In this document: positions 36,696 to 48,409 of the stretch, one piece after another
Position numbering within the stretch: the first letter of the stretch is position 1
Layout: the number at the start of each line of letters is the position of its first letter
Source of the DNA: Vicugna vicugna
Lineage: Eukaryota
Direction of reading: 5' to 3'
Length of the DNA: 64,000 bases
Assembly: GCA_013265495.1 (NCBI GenBank)
Contig: MU058444.1
Coordinates: 2,356,001-2,420,000, forward strand
Notes under the pieces: generated by a model
What the model saw: only the letters and a program-made list of their open reading frames with translations
Told to the model about the DNA's origin: nothing
Database searches by the model: none
Made by a program: the position numbers and the translations under genes

Positions 36696-39442
36696 AAATT
36701 ATATAATGCATCTAATGGACTATTATGTAGCTATAAAAAGAAGTAAAATGCTCTCTATACAGAAAGCTCTCCAGGGTGATTAAGTGAATAAAACAAGATG
36801 CAAAACAGGGTATACAGTTACTATCCATATAAAAAAAGAGGAAAATAAAATTTAAAATTTTACTTTTGTTTCCTTCTATATAGAAAAATAAATAATGAAA
36901 AGATTGACAAGAAGCTGATTATCTAGAAGATTTCCTAAAAAATGAAGAACAAGAAGGGGAGAAAGAATTCTCACTGACACATTTTTATATATTTAAATTT
37001 TGAATCATGTGCACATGTTACCCATGCAAAAATGAAAATATAAAAATTACAATAAATGAGCAATAACAGCAAATGCTGCCAAACTAAATCTTTAATCCCT
37101 ACAGGGAAGAGATACCAGCACACAGAAAGTTCCTCCTGTTACCTTTCCCCACGTCCCCATTACTCAAATCTTACGCGTAGTGTCAGAAAACACACACACA
37201 CACATGCACAGAGCCAAATAATCCCAAGGGACCCTCTGACTCTACACTCAGGATACAGAAACTCGGGAAAATGCAGGCACCGCCAAAAAAGAGATCAAAG
37301 GAAGACAACACTAATTTCAATGAATGACAAATTTCTCGTCGGATCACACACCACTGCAAGATCAAAAAAAATGAGAGTTCCTCAAAGGAAGGGTCAGGTC
37401 TTATTCAACTTGATTTTACTTCAAAGCTTCTGACCAAGGGTCCCCCTCAGTCAGTTGGGTTCCCTTCCCTGATGAGACCCAGCCCTTCAGAGCTAATGGC
37501 CCAGAGTAAGCTGCCCTCTGGGCTCTGGTGGTCCCGGGATGTGCAAGGACAACAGCTAAGGAAAGCGGTGATGGTTTGCAGAGCCTCTGGCCTCATCATG
37601 TGGGTCGCAGTACCTACCCCAGGGCCAATGCCACCCTGGCCTTGGGATCTAGTCAAGCAGTTGCAGCCAAGGAATTAGTAGATTCCAGCTGCCAGACAGG
37701 CTGAAAGCAAGAGTCAGTAACACCTGAGAGCGGCAGCTTGAACGAGACCCAGGCACCTCTTCCTTACCTTTTACAGGAAGTCCCTTGTCTGTACAGAATA
37801 CTTCTCTGCACAAAAGAACCATGTGCAGAAGTCGCATAAGAGATTTAGATTTCAGGCCCGGAAACTAAAACATAAGATTAAAAAATCCTTAGTAATAGCT
37901 CCCCTTCCGCATAAAACCTTCGAGGACAGAATCCCAGAATTCCAGGCAGGTCCCTTGCTTTGTTTTCTTTCTTTTTTTTTTTCCTTCCGTAAGTAATAAA
38001 AGACTACAAGTGGACTTCCACTCTGTGAGCATCCATTTGAGGCTAAGAATGGACGCTTTTGCCTCACAGGCTGATTTTTTATATCTTTGTCCAAAGGACA
38101 TTCGCTGTATGAGACTTAATCTCCTACCACCAGTATTAGGAGTCATTTTCCCAATGTTCAGTCATTCATTTAAAAAAAAAAGATACCAAAAAGCAATAAA
38201 ATATTCAAATAATTGCACAAATGTGGCTGAACAAAGACAGTAATTTTGCTGAAACCAGTTCCCAGTCAGACAGCTCTCAAAATATTCCTTTGTCAGGACT
38301 GAATGACATAATCCGAAATCCTGGCATAAAAACCTGCGTAGAGACAGCATTCATATCCTGTATGAAAGGGAAGGTAATATACTCAGTCAGAGATCTGAAC
38401 AGACAAGGAACCCCGTATACTGTGGAATGCAAATCTCAGACACTTCCTGCGGCCTCCCTGTCAGTCTTTTATAACCTGAAATGAATTAAGCTGACGTGAT
38501 TAGCGTCTAACTCCATCCAGCTGTACTCTGCCGTATGGAAAAGGCATTCTGACTGGAGCTGTGGGTAGAAGTTTGGGGAGGAAAGGTAAGGGGGATTGTG
38601 GGACCTCAAGGGCACCTAGGGATGGGGCAGGCCTTGGTCAGCCCCCAAGGAAGTGTTCTGGGAGGCCAAAAACCAGCCTGACAGCAGTGGTACCCAGAGG
38701 TACCACTACACACGTGGTATCCTAGCACATGGATGCTACCCATCCCTACAGCAGAGGATGAAGAAGAGGAGGGAAAAACAGCAGAACCAAACTTCAACAA
38801 CTCTGGGATTTCCAAATAAGCCCTGGTGACTCCAGTTATTTTCCCCCCTTAATCCCATTCATTCATCCATCACATATTTACCAAACATCACAGTGAGTAC
38901 CCGTCCCAGGCCAAATGCCACCCATGGCTACAGAGACTAGATGAAAATGACACGGTACCTGCCTTGGGAAGACAGGTGGGTAAGTCCCCACCCCTGGTGC
39001 CCTCACCCAGTCCCAGAGGGGAGAAGGTCTGGAAGCATGAAGGGAGGATTCTGAGATAAATGGAGGAAAGAGGCGACGTTTAATCCTCATTTGGGAGTAT
39101 GAGGAGGAATTACCATACACACACAAAGGAGTGGCACATTCCAGCACTGGCCACGGTATGGAAACACAGAAGGGGACAGTGACACGGAGCAGCCAGGCCT
39201 CGTCTGAGTTTAGGGTACCATGCATTCGGGATGGGTTGGAACTGAGGGTGAGGAAAGGTGCGCTCATCCCGCAGGAAAACAAAGTGGAGGGTCCGATCTG
39301 ACTCTGCCAACACACAGCAAGAGGCAGACAGGAAGCCAGAGGCAAGGAGACCAGAAAACTGACTATTCTGAGAACTGGTTCCTTCCCTGTTCCCAGTTCA
39401 GAGATTTTCATCTGTCACTATTACATTGTGGTTTTTCAGGGA

Positions 39443-39540
39443 TTTTTTTTTTTTTTTGGAGGAGGGAGGTAATTAGGTTCTTTTTTTTTTTTAATGGAGG
39501 TGCTAGGTACACACTCTACCGCTAAGCTATATCCTCCCCC
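39443..39540 (-). mobile_element. tRNA-derived SINE (Vic-1-like), internally deleted
   Basis: Tail and head ends present, B-box region missing. Confidence 0.75.
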
Positions 39541-41029
39541 AATGTTACACTGTATTCCATTAGATGCCACTCCTCTCTCCAGCCATTGCCCTTACCAGGT
39601 GACTATACAGTTCATCCCCCAGACAGAGTGAACGGGCACACCAATCAGACAGATGTTAAAAAACGCGCCCAGAAACTCAAATTCTTTCTGGCCAATTCTT
39701 TCTGATCAAATCTGTCCATCCCTGGGGGTGGTTAGCACAATGCATATTTTTGATCCAAGAGAAAAATGGCAACTCTTGCTTTTCCGTTCAGTGTCTAGGG
39801 TTTCTTTAAGTTACTTTTTGACAGGCTCTGAGTTTATAAATCCCAATATGTTGGCTGTGAATGGCTCAGCTCAGGATGGGGACAGTTTACTAATTTGTTA
39901 CTCACCAGCCTACCAGTGCATTTTACTGGGGCACCTCAAATGTCTCCATCATCCATATTGCAAATATCACCCATTCTGCGACCAATCTCAGGTTGGCTGC
40001 CCCCGGGGCTGGCCTTCCACACTGTCAGTTAACGCGTACTCAAGAAATATACATTCATTTGAATATTAATCTTAAAAACATAATTAGGGAAACTATACCC
40101 TCTTAAAACATATATATAACACATTTCAAAGTCAAACATCAGTATCCACTAAAAGCGTTTCCTACCATTTCTTTGAACAATAGAGATAACAAAGAGTTAC
40201 TGAATGTATCTAGAATGGAATTTTTTTTTAGTTGCCTGGATTATGCTCACACAGTCTCCCGATCAGCTGGCGGTATCTCTCCGTTTTCCTAAGCGACACA
40301 CGCTGCTTCAGCTTTAATTAAAGGGCCCGTTGCCATAGTTTCTCAGAGAACAGCCCGCGGCATGCTTGAGTCCGTTATTTTCTGGAGGTTTCTAGAGAAA
40401 TTGTAAACCAGCAGTAGCCAGCCCAAATTTCCCAGTTGTACCTCCCACCCAGCACAGCAGATGACTCAGCCAGATAGCTAGGTATTCTGAATCTTTCCAG
40501 GGAGTCTAAACAACGAGGAATGTTATTTAAAATTCAGCCTTTGGTTTCTTCTGTTCTGCCACGTCGGTCATGGAACCAGCAGACTGCAACTGAGTCAAAG
40601 ACAGCAGAGCCACACCAAGGGGGGAATTCAGCGGAACGCACACCCTGCCTGCATCTGTGCAAACACCAGCACATTTTCCTTTCTAATAATAATGGAGAAA
40701 ATGCACCATATTTGCATGTTATTATCATCATATTGCTTCCTTTTTTCTAAGAACTCAGAAATGCACATTCCAGTATGTTTGCAAAAAAAAAAAAAAAAGC
40801 CTCTCCCAGAAAATAGATTAAATCATGGAAATTCCTCCCTTATGGATTTCAAAAATTAAAAAGTGGAGCTCAGAAAACCTTATTTCTTAAAGGGAAAACT
40901 TGATTCCAAGCTGGCCTCATAAACTGAGACTTGGATAAGAATTTTGTGGGCCCTAAAAAAACCCAAAAAGACAAAAAAAAAAGAAAGAAAGAAACCAACA
41001 CCTTGATTCCATCAGTATCTCCACCCTGC

Positions 41030-41178
41030 TTTTTTTTTAAGTTAATTTTAATTTTAATTTTCTTTTGCGGGGGGAGGTAATTGGGTTTATTTATTTTGAT
41101 GGAGGTACTGGGGATCAAACCCAGGACCTCATGCAGGCTAAGCAGGCACTCTACCACTGAGCTATATACCCTCCCCTC
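41030..41178 (-). mobile_element. tRNA-derived SINE (Vic-1-like)
   Basis: Family motifs; TSD ctcca(c/t)cctgctttt. Confidence 0.9.
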
Positions 41179-41918
41179 TCCATCCTGCTTTTTGATGGCA
41201 ATCACCACACTCTCTCTGAGTCCTGAAAAGCCAGCTGAAAGGCTACTCTGAGCTTTCAAGATCAAAGAATGTGAATTAACACTGACCCCTATAAAGCTTA
41301 GAAAGGCAAATGCCAGTTCAGCTCCTTTTAAGTGGCCCCACTCTCCTGCGTCTGAGGCTCTGAGCACCAGCTCTGTAGGTCAGAGAACCAGGGCTGGGAT
41401 TTCAGCCCTGGGAGCCGCTGGACCTCAGGTGGATGGTGATTAAATGAGACAGGACGTCTGTAAGGACAGGAAAGCACTCAGAAAATGGCGGCTATCATCA
41501 CGCCCCATAACTAGGTCATCTCCAGGACAGGAAGTGGGGCAGGACGAGCTCCCACTATTTTCAGGAGAGCCTCACACCACCCCCTTTGCCTGTCACTTTA
41601 GGAGTGAATATAACGACTCCATCTCTGATCTTTCCAACGTAAATGTTGCACAAGCCATTTGACTTCCTAATTGCCTGTCACCAAACTTCCTTTCATTCTC
41701 TCTTTTCTACATACAATGAAGAGATTCTAGAATGTATCTGAGAGACAGATGGGCCATGCTCCCAACCAGGAACACAGGGAATTTAAAGTCGCCTGGTGGG
41801 TGTTCAATCATAGGTATTTACTAAAGATTAAATGCATGGTGAATGACCGGAGGCTCCTTCTGTCGTAGCTACTATGCTTTGTGTCCCTTTATTTTTCAAT
41901 CTGATAAGCCTATGTGGG

Positions 41919-42027
41919 TTTTTTTTTTAATGTTTTTAAATTTTTTTTTAACTGGAGGCCCTTGGGTTTGAACCCAGGAGCCTGTGCATGCTAAGCATGC
42001 ATGCTACCACTGAGCTATACCCCACCT
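41919..42027 (-). mobile_element. tRNA-derived SINE (Vic-1-like)
   Basis: Family motifs in reverse complement. Confidence 0.85.
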
Positions 42028-43314
42028 CCAGGCTTATGTGTTTTAAAAAACACATATTTTTTAAATTTTGTTTTTATTGAAGTGTAGTTGATTTACAATG
42101 TTAGTTTCAGGTGTACGGCAAAGCGGTTCAGTTATACATAGACACACGTATTTTTCTTCCAGATTCTGTTCCACTATAGAAAAACCACATTATTTTGTCA
42201 CGGATTCTAACAACATCCTGTAAAAAGATAGACCGGGTATTGCTATTTCTAGTTTACCAAGAGAGTGAATCTCAGAAATACGAAGTGGCTTACCCAAGGT
42301 CAGTGAAGGAACAGGCTTGATCTCAGGTCTCCGATGCCTAAGTCAGGCGCCTCTACACGACCCACCGCTCCGCGTGGTCAGGGAACGGGGCTCCTCCCCC
42401 CAGTGCACCTGTCCCGTGGCCCTATCACCGCAGCAGCCAGAAGGGAGGCTGAGAATCATCTCCCTGGGGAGTTTGTGTGTTTCCCCCCTCCATGTATTCC
42501 TGAATCCACACTTCTTCAACTGCCAAAACAAGCAAACAAACTCAGAACAGACACAGCAGCCTGAAGGGTTCCTCCGACCTCTGGGCTGCAGGAGAAAGAT
42601 CTGAGAGGGAGTTTCAAGCTGTAGACTGTGGACTGGGGATGGCTGTGAATTATTATTCCTCCAAGTAGCAAGGGTAATTTACAGAAGGTTCTCTATAACC
42701 TCCCACACCTGAGCCACAGTGGGAATTAAAGCTCAACCTCCTCTGCCAGGGCGCTGCCCAGGGCGACCCTAACCAGACAAGGATATCACATCACCTGCCT
42801 GCAGGAGTTCCTAACCAGGGTCCACCTCTGCCCTGGGAATTCACAGACGAGCATGCAGAAGGCCCTTGCAGGCACTCGGAAGTCTACACAAAAGTACCTA
42901 TCTCTGTATCTCCAATTTTTCTAAAGCTGTGACCCACGGCTTTCATCAGAGTCTCAGAACGCCCCTCAGAGCTTAAGATCCCAAGAAAGGACTTCAGAAC
43001 AGTAGAAATTACTTAGACTTCATTATTATTACTTAATTTTTAAAAATTATAAGTTTCTATGTTTGTACCACTCAAAAAAAAAAAAAAAGCTGGACAGTTT
43101 CACTAAATCTTCCCAAATATATTTGGGATTCCTTCGGGATGCTCTACAGCAGCTTTCAAAACAAATTAGTTGGAAATGCTCCCAGGTGCCGGCTGCCTCC
43201 TCTCTGCCGCAACGTGGGTCAGGGCAGGAATGTTCACACTGGACACCTGTTAATGATCTCCAGAATTGGTCAGTTAGTTACGTGAAACTTGTTAACAGTC
43301 TGTTGCTTAATAAC

Positions 43315-43532
43315 TTTTTTTTCTGAAGTACAGTTGATTTACAATGTTGTATTAGTTTCTGGTGTACAGCATAATGATTTAGTCATATATATATATATTC
43401 TTTTTCATATTCTTTTTCATTATAGGTTATCACAAATTATTGAATAGAGCTCCCTGGGCTGTAAAGGGGAGGGATAAATTGGAAGTTGGGGATTAGTAGC
43501 CACAAACTACTATATACAGAATAAACAGCAAG
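43315..43532 (-). mobile_element. L1 3' fragment with 5' inversion (twin-priming type)
   Basis: Antisense 3'UTR to about 43463, then the adjacent 3'UTR portion in sense orientation (gggagggataaattggaagttgggg..ataaacagcaag). Confidence 0.75.
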
Positions 43533-44524
43533 CTGTTTAATTACTTCTTGATGCAAGAGTTCTATTCTCTTTGTAAATGACATCAGTAAACATGATGAAA
43601 TGTTTTGTTTTCTCTAAAATCTACTGGTAGCTCTCAGTCTCAATCTATCTGGTTTTCAAGATAGAGGGAAAGCCAGAAAAATCTGGAGAATGATGAGACT
43701 GAACAAAACGAAGAGAAATTGTTTTCAAATGACAAAATATTGAAGTTAGATTCCTAAAAATTCTGTGTAATGATCAAAGAGATGAAATCTTCAGTATCGT
43801 GTGAGTTATATGTAACCGTACACAACCCTACCAGAATCATCTCACTAGATGGCAAAATGTTATGAGATTTTCCCAAAAGGAAATAAAAGGAGAAAAGCAA
43901 TGGACTTCAGGTGGAGGGGGACAGACTGATTAAAAACACACTGCGGTTCTGGTTACAGTAAATTAGGACAAGCACATGCCTCCCACTGAGCGCACCTACA
44001 TACCTGCACAGAGTGCACTGAGCAGATTCCGAGGATTCTGAAAAGAGTCACAAGGGGCTTGAAGTTAAAAAGCTAGAACTCTAAGGACCATCAAACCAGT
44101 GATGAATCCCTATGTTTGACCTCCAGTGTCCTCCAGACTGAAGCCCAGAGCTGGGCACGGAGGCTGAAGCAGAGGGAGCCCCAGGAGCACCTCCTTATTC
44201 TGTCTTGACGAGTGAGGAAAGGAAATCTTCAGACTCAGAATGCAGGAATCCCTGCTCTTTCTCCTCTGAGTTCTCTTAAGCCACAGCCCTCAATCAGTCC
44301 CACGGGCAGTGACATCAGAAGTCCACAGGAAGTAAAACCCTTAGGAAGGAGATCTTCCTCTCTGGCCCTAAGAAAGTGAACAAACTCCCACTGCTTTATA
44401 TTCTTGCTCCCTCTTCCTGCCACATGGCCCTGGACGCAAACATATCCCTGAAGTGTGCAACAGAACAGAAGAAACCCCAGCTTTCTGGCTGGATGAACAC
44501 AAAAGGAATCTGAAAGCACTACCA

Positions 44525-45367
44525 ACCTTACAGAAATTAAAAGGAGTAAAAGAGAATCCTGTTAAGCCAACAAATTAAACAATTTAGAGAAAATGAACAA
44601 ATTTCTAAAAGGCACGAATTACCAAACTGACTCAAGGAAAAACAGAAAATCTTAATAGGCATATATAAAGTAAAGAATTTGAATACCTTTCTTTTAAAAT
44701 TTTTAAAAGTTTTTTTGGGGTTGTGGGGAGATAATTAGGTTTATTTATTTATTTATTTATTCATTCATTTACTTATTTTTAATGGAGGTACTGGTGATTG
44801 AACCCAGGACCTCATGCATGCTAAGTGTGCACTCTACCACTGAGCTATACCTTCCCTGCTGAATACCTGAATTTTATTTTTATTTATTTATTTATTTATT
44901 TTGAATACCTAAATTTTAAATTTAAAACATTCCCAAACACCAGTTTTGAATAGCTTCACTGATGAATGGTATCAAATATTCAAAGAATTAATACCAATAA
45001 TTCACAAACTCAGAAAATACAGAAAAACTCAAAGTGGACTGTAGTCTACATGTAAGAATCAGAACTGTAAAATCTCTAGAAAAAAAACAACAGAAAATTT
45101 TCATGACTTTGGGTGATACAATGTTCTCAGATATGACACCAAAAGAATGATAATAAAGGAAAACAACTGATAAATGTGACTTATTAAAAGTTTAAAATTC
45201 TTGCACTTAAAAACATACCATTAAGTAAATGAAAAGACAAACCACACACTGTAAGAAAGCATTTGCAAATCATGTATCTCTTAAAGGACTTGTATCCAGA
45301 ACATATAAAGAACACTTACAACTCAATGGGAAGACACAGAACCAATCTGAAAATGGGCAAAGACTAG
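44525..45367 (+). mobile_element. Old L1 ORF2 fragment hosting the NPM1 retrocopy
   Basis: Typical L1M ORF2 text (gccaacaaattaaacaatttagagaaaatgaacaaatttc; ggacttgtatccagaacatataaagaac). Confidence 0.8.
44688..44837 (-). mobile_element. tRNA-derived SINE (Vic-1-like) within old L1
   Basis: Family motifs; flanked by tgaatacct. Confidence 0.9.
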
Positions 45368-47140
45368 CCCTGGTGTGATTCATCCTGTACCACTGTTCCC
45401 TGGAACAGTAATCAAGTACCTCTCTGCCTGCTCTTCCGCCTAAGTGTGTGCCACCATCCACGGAATGCTACCACCACTCAATGGACATGGACATGAGGCC
45501 CCCTGGGGCCCCAGAATTGGCTATTTTGTTGTGAACTAAAGGCCAACAAAGATTATCACTTTAAGGTGGATAAAGATGAAAATGAGCAACTATCTTTAAA
45601 AATGGTCAGTTTAACCCTCCTACACTGTTGATGGGAATGTAGTCTGATGCAGCCATTATGGAAAACAGTATGGAGATTCCTCAAAAGACTAAAAATAGAC
45701 TTATTGTATGATCCAGCAATTGCACGCCTGGGCATATATGCGGAGGAAACTTTAATTCGAAAAGATACATGCATCCCAATGTTCATAGTAGCGCTATTTA
45801 CAATAGCTAAGACATGGAAGCAACCTAAATGTCTATCGACAGATGACTGGATAAAGAAGATGTGGTATATTTATACAAAGGAATACTACTCAGCCATAAA
45901 AAAGAATAAAATAATGCCATTTGCAGCAACATGGATGGACTTGGAGATCATCATTCGAACTGAAATCAGCCAGAAAGAAGAAGAAAAATACCATATGACA
46001 TCACTCATACGTGGAATCTTAGAAAAAAAAGACATTTTTTTAAATTTACAAAAAAGAAACAGACTCACAGACATAGAAAACAAACTTAGGTCACTGGGGG
46101 AACAGGGTGGGAAGGGATAAATTGGGAGTTCAAGATTTGCAGATACTAACTAATATATATAAAACAGATAAACAACAAGTTCATACTGTATAGCACAGGG
46201 AACTATATTCAGTATCCAATAATAACCTATAATGAAGAAGAATATGAAAACAAATATATGTATGTATATGTATGATTAAACTATTATGCTGTAATAATAC
46301 CAGAAATTGACACAACATTGTAAACGGACTATACTTCAATTAAGAAAAAAAATGGTCAGTTTAGGGGCTGGTGCAAACAACGAATTGCACACTGTTGAAG
46401 CAGAGGCAATGAATTATGAAGGCATCTAAAGTAATACTGGCAACTTTGAAAATATCTTTACAGCTAATAGTTTCCCCTGGAGACTTTGAAAGAACACCAC
46501 CTACAGCCTTAAAAGTGAATTGTGGTTCAAGGTCTGTGCATATTAGTGGGCAGCACGTAGTAGCTGTGGAGGAAGATATAGAGTAAAAAGATGAAGAGGA
46601 GGAGGAGGTGAAACTTCTAAGTGTATCTGGAAAGCAATCTGCCCCTGGAAATGGTAACAAGTTTCCCAGAAAAAAGCAAAACTTGCCGCTGATGAAACAA
46701 TGATGATGATTTTGATGATAAAGAAGCTAAACAGCTCCAGTAAAGAAATCTATACAAGATACTCAAGCCAAAAATGCACAAAAACCAAACTAGAATGGAA
46801 AAGACTCAAAATCATCAGCACCAAAATCAAAAGGTCAAGAATACTAAAAAAAAAAATGGGGGGGGGGGTAAAAATGCTCCTAAAACACAGAAAGGACCTA
46901 GTTCTATAGAAGACATTAAAGCAAAAATGCAAGCAAGTATAGAAAAAGATGGTTATCTCCAAGAAGTGGAAACCAAACTCATCAGTTATGTGAAGAATGG
47001 CTCCAGATGACTGGCCAGGAGGCTATTCAAGATTTCCTGCAGTGGAGGAAATGTCTTTTAAGAAAATAATTTTAATAGTCTGTTAAAACCTTCCATCTTA
47101 TTTCATTTCAATAACAGCTGATATCTGGCTGTACTTTTTT
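45368..47140 (+). pseudogene. NPM1: NPM1 (nucleophosmin) processed pseudogene interrupted by an L1
   Basis: Intronless NPM1-like 5'UTR (ccctggtgtgatt), then [19 protein letters not shown]; after the L1, [14 protein letters not shown] and [24 protein letters not shown], then a 3'UTR match (gatatctggctgt). Start codon lost and frameshifted. Confidence 0.95.
45614..46347 (+). mobile_element. 5'-truncated L1 (ORF2 C-terminus plus 3'UTR) inside the NPM1 pseudogene
   Basis: [23 protein letters not shown]2 motifs. 16-bp TSD aaaaatggtcagttta at 45598-45613 and 46348-46363; canonical TT/AAAA site. Confidence 0.95.
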
Positions 47141-47561
47141 TAATTGAAGTACAGTCAATTTCCAGAGGAAACTCTAATTCAAAAAGATACATGCACCCCA
47201 ATGTTCACAGCAGCACTATACACTGCACAATAATCTCTACTCTCAGATGATATGTGTTGTACACCCGGAAAATCCAAAGGGACTCCACTAAGAAGTACCA
47301 CAAACTGTAAAATAATTAAGTAGGTGAGACGATTACAAGATTAAGATAATGCAACCAACAGTTTTCATGTACAGAAACTGTGAAATAGAAGATATGATGG
47401 AAAAGAAACACCCACTTTAATCACAACCAAAAAGAAAATACTAGAAATTATCTAAACCAAAAAAGAGGACGACAACCCATTACGAAGCCTCAATAATTCA
47501 AACAGACCGTTTGGAGGGCCGTAGGATAAAACTTATCAGAATGGAAATATATAGACTTCTG

Positions 47562-47950
47562 CCAACAGGACTCTATTTCCCCCACTCCCTGTGACTTGCT
47601 TTGGCCAAAATAACATGTGAACAGAGGCAGAAGTACCAGCTGAGAGCCTAGACCTCAAGAGGCCTCATGCACTTCCACCCTTGCTGCTTTTGGAACCCGA
47701 ATCTACCCACATATGAGCCAATCCGGGTTGGCTTCCTGGAATAGGACAGACCATGTCGAGACAAACTTCACTGGTTGAAGCTGACCAGCGGTGCACAACT
47801 GAGGGCCGGCTGTGATAAGCCAAGACTGACTCAGGTCAGTACAACTGCCCAGCTGAGCACAGCCCGAACTGCCCACCCCCAGAGCTGTGAGCTAAACAGT
47901 TCATGCCTGAACTGCTGTTCGTTGTCACAAAGCAGGAGCTAGCTGATACC
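47562..47950 (+). mobile_element. Old MaLR LTR (MLT1-like)
   Basis: gtgacttgctttggccaa..cctcaagaggcct..cccagctgagcacagccc..agctagctgatac. Confidence 0.7.
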
Positions 47951-48409
47951 CCAAAGGGGCAGACATGACTGCTGGATGAATATAATGAACCAAGTGGCGG
48001 GGTTCTGTGAAGCTGTCCAGTAAGGGCAGACCTCCCTTTAGGCACAAGAATAGAAAAACAGTCAATGAGATTGACTCAGATCTGGTAATTGTCAAAAGTC
48101 CCTGCAGCAGAGGAGTTAACTGCACGAGGATAATAGTGGAAGCTTCTCTGTAGAGTTGACTAAGGGGCTTACCAAGCAGAAAGGCACGTGAAATGAAGTC
48201 AGAAAGTGCTGCCAGGCTGACACCTAGGAAAGGTTTAGGACAAGAGGTCAAGGTCAAGGGAAGCAAGAAACTCATTAAGAGCTCATGATGAGATGCAGAG
48301 ACAGGCAGGTGTGTGGTCAAAGAGAGTTCTGTCAGAACTCAAGATCCGGGAGTTAGAGCAGTTAAAAGACATGATGAAATATGCACAGGTCAGATGAGTG
48401 GATAATTAG

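Noticed and set aside
46361..47061. NPM1-like ORFs as a functional retrogene
   Set aside because: Start codon lost, L1 interruption and multiple frameshifts.
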